From contig CBDETY010000003.1 of assembly GCA_965243025.1 (NCBI GenBank), positions 4,768,001 to 4,832,000 of the forward strand: a stretch of 64,000 nt of DNA, written 5' to 3'. The notes beneath the pieces are model-generated. The model did not search any database and was not told where the DNA came from. It saw nothing but the letters and a program-made list of their open reading frames with translations. Both the position numbers and the translations under genes were made by a program. Positions 57,001 through 64,000 of the stretch are shown here, piece after piece (within the stretch, counting starts at the first letter, position 1; every line of letters starts with the position of its first letter). The DNA is from Candidatus Latescibacterota bacterium. GTDB taxonomy: Bacteria > Latescibacterota > UBA2968 > UBA8231.

Positions 57001-57397
57001 TCGCGGACGGAAACGGTCCCTGTCCGTGGAACGCGGGAAGTCCCGCTTCTCCGAAAAAGGCGTTGAAGCGGCCGTCGACCCCGAGGACCTGCACCGAGGC
57101 GCGGGCCCCGGAGCCCGCGTGGGTCGCGGCCCCCTCGAGGAGGATGACCGGCGCCACTCCGGCGCCGGCGCCGCTCTGGTCGTCGATGGAAAGGTCCGCG
57201 GCGAGACCGTCCCGGAAAAAGCGGGGGGCCACGAGGGCGCAGTCGACGGACCCGAGGCGGTCGAGGACGAGGGAGCGGAGGCTGGCGCGCACCGAATCGC
57301 CGACCAGCAGGGCCCCGGTCAGCACCGCCGCGGCCACCGCGGCCCCGAGGGCGACCGCGGCGTTGATTTTCCAGTAGTGCGTCAGCGTCCGGCGCAT
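54023..57397 (-). CDS. Large double-FtsX (MacB/LolCE-like) ABC permease
   Basis: 1124 aa, two FtsX TM clusters (EQRAREMGLLRAVG; ERSGELAAWRACGF) and large periplasmic domains. Confidence 0.88.
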   Translation of the reverse strand: MRRTLTHYWKINAAVALGAAVAAAVLTGALLVGDSVRASLRSLVLDRLGSVDCALVAPRFFRDGLAADLSIDDQSGAGAGVAPVILLEGAATHAGSGARASVQVLGVDGRFNAFFGEAGLPAFHGQGPFPSAILNGLAAELGAGPGDAVLLALPRRAEVPRATVFGRRSSEDVVQTLRAVVAAVVPDRGAGGFGLHPHQAAPYNVYLDLGDLQRELGLPGRANGLLARYPGVSGPAASDALQRDLKAAFAFTDLGLVLRELPGGGVFALESEQFIIDDGTADLAKAVASELGIPQLTVFTYLANSLSAGGRSLPYSTVSALGESAFGGGFGELLLSGGGPLPPLREGEIALDGWAAADLAVAAGDSLRLEYFVVDEGERLSENSVRLRVAAVLQMRGLAADRELTPRYPGIQEAGDMSAWSPPFPLDFGRIRPRDEAYWDEHGAAPKAFVSEATGKKLWGSRHGSLTSLRLGARPGEEPAAAAAEFERAFLAAVQPQRLGMSFIPVRERSLKAAEGATDFGGLFIGFSLFLIAAAAMLTGLLFRLGVEQRAREMGLLRAVGMPLARVRRRFLGEGLAVAALGGLVGTAGAAAYAGLMMAGLRTLWRDAVGTSHLSLTVTPATLAIGCAASLIVAAALVAWTVRSLGRLAPRALLAGETSRSFAGRGRGAFLFAAGAAAAALALSAAGSLASVTAASGLFFASGALLLAAGVAGFASWLRAGGSPASGPPLSTLGLAVTSTRRQPGRSLLAAGLVACACFAIVAVAANRRAGLPGPDALAKDSGTGGYAVRAKSDIPVFADLDSGDALIEEGFTPEERARLDGSRIFRLRGSPGEDASCLNLYKPARPTLLGLPADFIERGGFRFAQVAPEAGSNPWELLNEELEPGVVPAIGDYNSVRWILHSGLGEEILLADEAGGELSLRLVGLLQGSIFQSEILVSEEQFKRRFPGAEGYRYFLVEGGQQEPDETAALLERRLQAYGLEATGTASLLARFGAVENTYLSTFQTLGGLGLLLGTVGLALVLLRNAIERSGELAAWRACGFSRARLRSILVLENAFLLLAGGAIGTVAALVAVAPHLAGHLGGVPWGSLAVTLAAVLAFGVAAGAAASGFALRQRLLPALKRE

Positions 57398-58098
57398 CGC
57401 CCCTGGGTCAGCTCGATGCGCCGTTCACAGCGGGCGGCCAGCTCTTCGCTGTGGGTGACGACCACCAGGATGTTCCCCTCCTCCCGGTGCAGGGCGAACA
57501 GCAGTCCGGCAACCGACTCGGCGGTGGCCCGGTCGAGGTTGCCCGTCGGCTCGTCGCACAGCAGCAGGCGCGGGGAGTTGATCAGCGCCCTGGCGACGGC
57601 CACCCGCTGGCACTCCCCGCCCGACAGGGCGGCGCGGCGGTGATCAGCGCGGTCGCCGAGGCCGACGCGCTCCAGCAGTTCCCGCGCCCGCCGCTGCCTG
57701 GCGGCGTCCGGCCTGCCGAAGGCGAGCGCCGGGATCAGCACGTTCTCGAGGGCGGAGTACTGCGGCAGCAGGTGGTGGTCCTGGAAGACGAAGCCGATCG
57801 CCTCGTTGCGGAAGCGCGCCAGCTCCGGTTCGGCCAGGGCGAAGGGGTCGCGGCCGCCGATCTCCACGGCGCCGCCGGTCGGCTCGTCGAGGGTGCCCAG
57901 AATGTGCAGGAGAGTGCTCTTGCCCGATCCGGAGGGTCCGGTGACCGCCAGCGACTGGCCCGCCTCCAGGTCGAGGTCGATCCCGTCGAGAACGCGCAGC
58001 GGCTGCCCGCCCTGCTCGAACTGCTTGCGCAGCCCGCGGACCGCGAGCCGGAAGGTCTCGCCCCGGGAATCGCCGTCGGAACCGCGGTCTCCGCTCAC
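57382..58098 (-). CDS. LolD-like ABC ATPase
   Basis: GPSGSGKST, IGFVFQ.HHL, LSGGE.QR, DEPTGNLD, VTH. Confidence 0.93.
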   Translation of the reverse strand: MSGDRGSDGDSRGETFRLAVRGLRKQFEQGGQPLRVLDGIDLDLEAGQSLAVTGPSGSGKSTLLHILGTLDEPTGGAVEIGGRDPFALAEPELARFRNEAIGFVFQDHHLLPQYSALENVLIPALAFGRPDAARQRRARELLERVGLGDRADHRRAALSGGECQRVAVARALINSPRLLLCDEPTGNLDRATAESVAGLLFALHREEGNILVVVTHSEELAARCERRIELTQGRCAGR

Positions 58099-58517
58099 GG
58101 CGGCGGCGCTTCCTCGAGCTGCGCGGCGACGATGGCGGGAATCTCGACCGACCGCATCGGCTCCCCCGGGTTGCAGATGCAGCAGGCCGACGAGATCTCG
58201 CCGCTGGCCAGCTTCTCCTCCCCCCTCCAGAAAGCGCAGGCGTAGGTCACCGACCGGGCGCTCAGGCGCGCCACCCGCAGGTGGATGTCGATTTCCTCCT
58301 CGAACCTCGCGGCGGCGTAGAACTCGCAGGAGGAGGCCATTCGCGGCCAGCTCACCCGGTCGCCCTCGAAATCCATGTGCACGCTGAGGCCGAGGGAGCG
58401 CAGGAAGGCGTGCTCGGCCTGCTCCATGAACACGTGGAAGCGGGAAAAGTGGACTATGCCGGCCGCGTCGGTGTCCTCGAACTCGACGCGGCGCCGGGTG
58501 CGGTACTCCGAGGCCAT
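58095..58517 (-). CDS. 4HBT/YbgC-family acyl-CoA thioesterase
   Basis: RVEFEDTDAAGIVHF..F..FMEQAE. Confidence 0.9.
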   Translation of the reverse strand: MASEYRTRRRVEFEDTDAAGIVHFSRFHVFMEQAEHAFLRSLGLSVHMDFEGDRVSWPRMASSCEFYAAARFEEEIDIHLRVARLSARSVTYACAFWRGEEKLASGEISSACCICNPGEPMRSVEIPAIVAAQLEEAPPP

Positions 58518-58523
58518 GGCTGC

Positions 58524-58994
58524 TTACGACCCCGGCCTGAAGAGGGTGACCAGGCAGCCGCCCCCCGCGGCCATGGCGATCCCGAGCAGGAACGGCCAGC
58601 TGAGGGCGCCGAGGCCGCCGGCGGGCGGGTGCAGGATCATCGCCGCGACGGCGTTGACGACCGGGGCGCCTGCGAACACGATCGCCATCACCACGGCCGG
58701 CGACCCCTTGGCGCCGAAGGCGAGCAGCACCCCGAAGGCCCCCAGCGCCCCGGCGGTTCCGGCTACAGTCGACAGGACGACCCCTTTGGCCGGGAAGTCC
58801 CAGTCGACGCCGTTGATCTTGAGCACCAGCAGCGAACCGAGGACGGCGGTCAGGAGATAGGCGACGCCGACGAACAGGAACGCCTTGTAACGGCCGTTGA
58901 CGGTATCGGCCATCGCCGTTTGTCCGCTGTGCAGCAGGACCCCGTACAGTCCCCAGGAAGCCACGGTGATGAAGGCGAACAGCAACCAGGTCAT
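58524..58994 (-). CDS. Five-TM EamA-like membrane protein
   Basis: SWGLYG, VGVAY, AG.GALGA, VFAGAPVVN; ATGA-coupled to GT4. Confidence 0.75.
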   Translation of the reverse strand: MTWLLFAFITVASWGLYGVLLHSGQTAMADTVNGRYKAFLFVGVAYLLTAVLGSLLVLKINGVDWDFPAKGVVLSTVAGTAGALGAFGVLLAFGAKGSPAVVMAIVFAGAPVVNAVAAMILHPPAGGLGALSWPFLLGIAMAAGGGCLVTLFRPGS

Positions 58995-60322
58995 GCGATC
59001 TCCTCTCTGTGGACGGACCGGCGGGAAGGAACGAAGCGCTCGAACAGGGCGTGGGTGCCGGCGGCCATGACGTCGTCGCTGAAGCGCTCGCGAACCGCCT
59101 CGCTGCCGCTGGCGGCGAGCCGCTGGCGCAGAGCCTCGTCGTCGATCAGCCGCCCGATACCGGCCGCCACCGCTTCCGCCCTGGCACCCTCGGCGAGGAG
59201 GCCGCCCCCTGTCGCTTCGATCAGCTCGGGGAATGCCCCGTGGTCGGGCTGGACCACCGGCACGCCGTTGGCGAGCGCCTCGAGGACGTAGAGCCCCTTC
59301 GGCTCCCTGAACGGGGCCGGCACCGAGAGCACGTGAAGCTCCCGCAGGAAACGGATCTTCTGCGTCCGGTCCAGCACCCCCCGGTACTCGAAGCGCCCTG
59401 CGAGTCCGGCGCGCCGCAGCGTTTCTTCGACCTCCCTGAGATAGGGGCGGTCGCCGTCGCCGAGCCACCCGGCAGCGAGCAGTCTCACCGTTTCCGCACC
59501 GCGTTCTTCCGCGAGGTGTGCGAACGCCTCGGCGAGCACGTGCAGCCCCTTGTCCGGGCAGATCCGCGCCAGGAACCCGATAGTGAACGGCGTCTCCGAG
59601 GCAGGGGGAGCCGCTGCCTCCCCTTCGCCGTGTCCGCCGAGATGCAGGCCGAGCGGCACCACGTGGAAGCGGCCGCGCTCCACCTCGAGGTACCGCGACA
59701 TGAAGTCGGCGGCGTACCGGCAGGGGGCTACGAACCCGTCGGCGTCGGCGGCGCGCTCACGCAGCAGGTTCAGGGCTTCCGTCCGGAACGGCTCGACGAG
59801 CCCCTCGAGGAAGATCTCCTCCCCCTGCACCGCGCACACCACCGGCACTCCGAGGACGCTCTTCAGCCTCCCCGCCAGGCCGAGGAAGAGGCTGTTGGTC
59901 AGCAGCACGATATCCGGTCTGAAATCGGCGCGCAGCCACTCGACGAGCCGTTCGAGCTCGCGCCGCTGGTGGCCCTCCGGGCCGCGGAGCACCGACACGG
60001 TGAGGGCCCCGAGGTCGCCGGGCTGGGTCGCTCCCGAGAAGCGCGACACCCCTTTCAGCAGGGCGGGGCGCCTCAGGGCCCAGTCGACGAACCGGGGCAT
60101 GCGCCGGAAGGGCGGCAGCTTCTGCTCGAGAAAGACCCCGATGCCGCCGTAGAACACCTGTTTCATGCTGACGTCGGTTTCGTCGGTGCGCAGCGGGGTG
60201 TAGGTAGGCACCAGGGCGACGTCGACCCCGCGGCGCATCAGCGCCGCGGCGAGGGTGTTGTCGTGGATGCAGGCGCCGCAGTACATGCCCGCGGCCCCCG
60301 CGGTGATGTGGGCTACGCGCAT
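58991..60322 (-). CDS. Glycosyltransferase family 4 with N-terminal CxxC
   Basis: AGMYCGACIHDN, ARICPDKG, EPKGLYVLEA (ExxxxxxxE), GVPVV. Confidence 0.9.
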   Translation of the reverse strand: MRVAHITAGAAGMYCGACIHDNTLAAALMRRGVDVALVPTYTPLRTDETDVSMKQVFYGGIGVFLEQKLPPFRRMPRFVDWALRRPALLKGVSRFSGATQPGDLGALTVSVLRGPEGHQRRELERLVEWLRADFRPDIVLLTNSLFLGLAGRLKSVLGVPVVCAVQGEEIFLEGLVEPFRTEALNLLRERAADADGFVAPCRYAADFMSRYLEVERGRFHVVPLGLHLGGHGEGEAAAPPASETPFTIGFLARICPDKGLHVLAEAFAHLAEERGAETVRLLAAGWLGDGDRPYLREVEETLRRAGLAGRFEYRGVLDRTQKIRFLRELHVLSVPAPFREPKGLYVLEALANGVPVVQPDHGAFPELIEATGGGLLAEGARAEAVAAGIGRLIDDEALRQRLAASGSEAVRERFSDDVMAAGTHALFERFVPSRRSVHREEIA

Positions 60323-60355
60323 GGGGGAAAGAGAACTGCCATGCGGCGGACTTCT

Positions 60356-61828
60356 CTACGAACCGCCGCCATCCGGAAAGAAGCGCCGCAGCACCTCGGG
60401 CGCGGGCGGCTTCGTCAGCAGCGACCCGGCGACCATGGCGGCCGCCGACACCGCGAGGATGACGGCCACCGGCATGACCCCGCTGCCGCCGACGGTGTAC
60501 CCCGGGGTCTCCCATCCGAGGGAGAAGAACCAGGTCCAGAGCAGGACGACGCTGACGATCGAGGCGAAGGCGCCGGCTTTGGTGCTCCGCCGCCAGAACA
60601 GCGCCGCCAGGACCACCGGGAAGAGCGAGGCGAAACCGGTGAAGGACCAGACCGCGAGCTTGAAGATGCTGCGGTCGGCCACCTGCGCGAGGAGGAAGGT
60701 GACCACCAGGACCGCGGCGACGAAAAGGCGGCCGTACAGCACCTGCCGGCGCTCGCTCATGCTTTCTTCCCCGCCGTAGTGGCGGACGATGTCCTGGGTG
60801 AACATGGTCCCGATCGACAGCACCTGCGAGTCGAGGGAGGACATGACCGCGGCGAAGACCCCGGCCGCCAGCAGCCCCGCCAGCAGCTCGGGGGCGTGCA
60901 GGTCGATCATCTTCACCAGCACCGAGTTGGCCGCCGGCCCGGCGAGATCGGGGAAGTCGAGGCGCCCGGCGATGCCGAGGGTCACGCTCGGGATCCAGAC
61001 CGCGGCGATGCACAGGGGGTAGAACATCAGCGGGTAGCGGAAGGTGCGGGCGCTGCGCGCGGTCAGCCAGTGCATGAACATGTGCGGGAACATGCCGACC
61101 GACAGCGGAATGCAGGTGTAGGAAAGCCACTTGGCCGGCTCGATGTGCTCCGACCTGACCATCAGGTCGGGGTGGGCGGCGGCCACCGCGGACATCGCCG
61201 CCTCGAGGCCGCCCAGCTCCCCGAGGATGACGGCGAAGGCGACGCCGCCGAGCACCATGAAGACGAGAGTCTGGAAGGCGTTGGCCCAGGCGGTCCCGCG
61301 CAGCCCGCCGTAGCAGACGTAGGTCATCACCACCACGCAGACCAGAAGCCCGCCGACCCACTCGGGGACCTGCCCCTTGGTGATCTGGTGCAGGGTCAGG
61401 CCGCCTCCCATCACGCCGATCAGCAGGTAGGGGACGACGAGGGCGATCAGCACCGCGAACAGCAGCAGCCCCAGCCCGTCTGAGTCCCAGCGCCGGCGGA
61501 AGTACTGCACCTGGGTCAGGAAGCCGTGGCGCTTGCCGATCGCCCACAGCCGCGTGCCGACGAAGAAGAAGACGCAGGGAATCACCAGGGCGGAGGCGGA
61601 GGCCATCAGGCCGAACACCCCGATCCCCTCGTGGTAGGCTTCGCCCGAGGCCCCGAGGATGGCGAAGGCGGTCATGTTGGTGCCGAACAGCGACATCAGC
61701 AGCAGGAACGGACCGACGGTGCGGCTGGCGACGAAGTAATCCTCGCCGGTCCCCCTGAAGAGGCGGTGGCTCAGCCCCCCGACGAGGAGGACGAGCAGCA
61801 GGTAGACGAGGATGACGCCCAGGGTCAT
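60356..61828 (-). CDS. Sodium:solute symporter
   Basis: DYFVASR, GGLRG.AW, AA.MSSLDS, about 13 TM segments. Confidence 0.92.
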   Translation of the reverse strand: MTLGVILVYLLLVLLVGGLSHRLFRGTGEDYFVASRTVGPFLLLMSLFGTNMTAFAILGASGEAYHEGIGVFGLMASASALVIPCVFFFVGTRLWAIGKRHGFLTQVQYFRRRWDSDGLGLLLFAVLIALVVPYLLIGVMGGGLTLHQITKGQVPEWVGGLLVCVVVMTYVCYGGLRGTAWANAFQTLVFMVLGGVAFAVILGELGGLEAAMSAVAAAHPDLMVRSEHIEPAKWLSYTCIPLSVGMFPHMFMHWLTARSARTFRYPLMFYPLCIAAVWIPSVTLGIAGRLDFPDLAGPAANSVLVKMIDLHAPELLAGLLAAGVFAAVMSSLDSQVLSIGTMFTQDIVRHYGGEESMSERRQVLYGRLFVAAVLVVTFLLAQVADRSIFKLAVWSFTGFASLFPVVLAALFWRRSTKAGAFASIVSVVLLWTWFFSLGWETPGYTVGGSGVMPVAVILAVSAAAMVAGSLLTKPPAPEVLRRFFPDGGGS

Positions 61829-62052
61829 GGCCGCGAGTCCTCCTGCTCTTCCTCCCCCTCGGATTCGGCCAGGTGCCGCGGCCAGGCGAAGTTGACCAGC
61901 AGCACGAGGAGGGCGGACGCGGCCACGCAGTAGCCGATGTGATAGAGGAACCCTGCGGGCAGGCCGAGCACCAGGGTGCCGTCGTCCCACAGCCACAGGT
62001 CGTTGTGCAGGGCGTAGAGGATCAGCAGCAGGATGTAGAGGCTCGGGCGCAT
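61825..62052 (-). CDS. DUF3311 small membrane partner of the SSS transporter
   Basis: LHNDLWLW...VLGLP.GF.YH; ATGA-coupled to the SSS gene. Confidence 0.85.
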   Translation of the reverse strand: MRPSLYILLLILYALHNDLWLWDDGTLVLGLPAGFLYHIGYCVAASALLVLLVNFAWPRHLAESEGEEEQEDSRP

Positions 62053-62301
62053 GGGATTTCCCTAAAACTAAGAGAAAACCGGGAATGGCTTGTTCCAGCC
62101 GGCCGCGGCGACACGCCGAAGGCCGGCTTCAAGAGTAACCCTGCCGCAGGCGGCAGCCCCGATCAAGGGTTGCGGGGGCAATCGACGCCGCAGGCGAGGC
62201 TTTGCAGATTCTCCCCGGGATCGACGGCGCGGATGTCCGAACCGGGTCGTCAACTTCCGTGTGAGCAAGTTGCCACATCCTACCGAAAGAGCGAACAAAG
62301 T

Positions 62302-63018
62302 ATGAGCGTTACGCGAGCCGACATCTCCGGCAGCCTTGCGGCCATGGCCCTGAAACCCGGGAACCGGGTGATGGTCCACAGCTCCCTGTCGAGCATGGGC
62401 CACGTCGAGGGCGGAGCCGCAACAGTGGTACAGGCGTTCCTGGACGTTCTGGGGCCGGAAGGCACCCTGATGGTGCCGACCTTCACCCATAGCGACTGCG
62501 AGTACTTCGATCCGCTGAAGTCCCCCTCGCTCAACGGGGCCGTCACCGAAGCGGCCCGGCGGTTCCCCGGAGCGGTCCGGAGCCTCCACCCGACCCACGC
62601 GGTAACGGCCATCGGTCCGGATGCCGAAAGCCTGGTCGACGACGACCTGAACCGCGGCCCCCTCGGCAGGGACTGCGCCCTGGACCGCCTGATCAGAAAC
62701 GGGGGTTACGTCTTCCTCCTCGGGGTGGATCACACCTCGAACTCGGCGATCCACATCGGCGAGGACTACGCCGGGGCGGACCGCCACGGGATGTTCTCAC
62801 CGGAGAACCCGAAGGTCGTGGCCCTGAACCATCCCGAGCTTGGCGAAATGGAGATAACCCTGACGGAGATGATGGGCTCCACGGTCGCCTTCAAACGCAT
62901 GGAAGAGGTGTTGCGCGGACGCGGCCAGATCGTCGACGGAACGATCGGCAAGGCAAACTGCCAGCTGATGAAAGGAGCGGATATCCTGGGGGCGACTTCG
63001 GATATCCTGCTGCACTGA
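62302..63018 (+). CDS. AAC(3)/YokD-family N-acetyltransferase
   Basis: VHSSLSSMG, GTLMVPTFT, RSLHPTH, LLGV..NSAIH.GE. Confidence 0.88.
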   Translation: MSVTRADISGSLAAMALKPGNRVMVHSSLSSMGHVEGGAATVVQAFLDVLGPEGTLMVPTFTHSDCEYFDPLKSPSLNGAVTEAARRFPGAVRSLHPTHAVTAIGPDAESLVDDDLNRGPLGRDCALDRLIRNGGYVFLLGVDHTSNSAIHIGEDYAGADRHGMFSPENPKVVALNHPELGEMEITLTEMMGSTVAFKRMEEVLRGRGQIVDGTIGKANCQLMKGADILGATSDILLH

Positions 63019-63060
63019 CGCTTCGAAAGAAGCCCTTTGGCGGTTGCCCGGGACGGGCCG

Positions 63061-64000
63061 TCAGGGCTGTGACAGGACCTTGTCCGCCGGCAGGTCGACC
63101 ATCTCCGACATCGGCCCGAACAGGTCGAGCACACCCTCCTTGTAGACGTCGCCGCTGAGGATGTCGACGATGCCCTGCTTGCACTCCGGGTAGCGTTTCA
63201 GGAACTCGGCGAAACTGAATTCCCTGGTGTAGAACGCGTAGACCAGCTTGCGCACCGCCTCCATTCCGGAAACGAACCGGGGCCCGAACCTGCCGAGCTG
63301 CCGCGCCGACAGGTCGCCCCGGTCCAGCCCCTCGCAGATGGCGTCGGCCGCCATCTCCCCGGATTTCAGGGCAAAGAAGAGCCCGGAGGAGTAGATCGGG
63401 TCGATGAAGCCGAAGGCGTCCCCGACCAGCACCCAGCCGTCTCCTGAGATGCGGTCGGCGCGGTAGGAAAAGTCCCTGGTGACCTTTACGGGGAACACTT
63501 GGCGGGCAGGACGCAGCCGTTCCCGCAGCGGCTCGCAGAGCGCCAGCTCGGCGTCGAAAACCCGCTGCGCCCCGCCGCCGGCGCGGTCCCGCATCAGGTA
63601 GTCGAGCGATCCGACCACTCCGACGCTGACGCGGTCATCCGGCAGCGGGATGTACCAGAACCAGGAGTCCTGGTTGCTGGTGTGCAGGATCAGGGTGGCC
63701 CCTTCGTCGATCCCGCCGTCGCGGACGCCCCCCTCGAAATGGGTGAAGATCGAGGCTTTCTTCAGTTCGGGCTCGTCGCTTTTGAGCTCGAGCCGGCGCG
63801 CGATCAGGGCGCTCTGGCCGGTGGCGTCGACGATGACGCGCCCGCGGATCTGCTTTCGGGTTCCGTCCGGCATTCCGGCGACGACGCCGGCGGCGCGCCG
63901 ACCCTCGAAGACCACCTCACGCACCGGCACCCCTTCCTCCACCACGGCCCCTTTTTCGCGCGCGTTCTCCAGCATCAGCCGGTCGAACTCGCTGCGCAGC
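63061..64000 (-). CDS. FAD-dependent halogenase-family oxidoreductase (5' end outside the window)
   Basis: RSEFD, DATG, WFWYIP, SVGVV, GWVLVGDAFGFIDPIYSSG. Confidence 0.85.
   Translation of the reverse strand, partial: LRSEFDRLMLENAREKGAVVEEGVPVREVVFEGRRAAGVVAGMPDGTRKQIRGRVIVDATGQSALIARRLELKSDEPELKKASIFTHFEGGVRDGGIDEGATLILHTSNQDSWFWYIPLPDDRVSVGVVGSLDYLMRDRAGGGAQRVFDAELALCEPLRERLRPARQVFPVKVTRDFSYRADRISGDGWVLVGDAFGFIDPIYSSGLFFALKSGEMAADAICEGLDRGDLSARQLGRFGPRFVSGMEAVRKLVYAFYTREFSFAEFLKRYPECKQGIVDILSGDVYKEGVLDLFGPMSEMVDLPADKVLSQP

Noticed and set aside
62302-63018. Aminoglycoside resistance gene call
   Set aside because: Family membership alone is not enough; no mobile or resistance context
1-64000. 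CRISPR arrays, tRNA/rRNA, IS elements, prophage, defence systems
   Set aside because: No regularly spaced repeats, cloverleafs, transposase/integrase or phage genes were seen by eye

Overview
High-GC bacterial chromosome segment with about 52 credible CDSs, mostly housekeeping and accessory metabolism: ltaE, glmS, a GlmU-like enzyme, PepF-like peptidase, sthA, PhoX, two PhyH dioxygenases, a sulfotransferase, an octaheme cytochrome c, an EndoQ-UvrD fusion, two ECF sigma factors with C-terminal extensions and several ABC/DMT/SSS transporters. I saw no rRNA, tRNA, CRISPR array, integrase or transposase. The gene mix resembles uncultured Latescibacterota/Poribacteria-like genomes (inference only). 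Four signals stand out. (1) An unannotated locus at about 1.6-2.5 kb has a sigma-54 promoter with twin upstream activator sites driving a structured RNA/attenuator and tiny hydrophobic peptides, with no normal-sized gene. (2) A tightly coupled DUF3311-SSS-GT4-membrane protein-thioesterase-LolD/FtsX operon of unknown function lies near a flavin halogenase-like gene. (3) Both ECF genes carry a strong internal Shine-Dalgarno plus in-frame ATG right after the sigma-4 domain. (4) The EndoQ-UvrD fusion ends in a beta-clamp motif. All family calls come from motif recognition by eye; no database searches were run.
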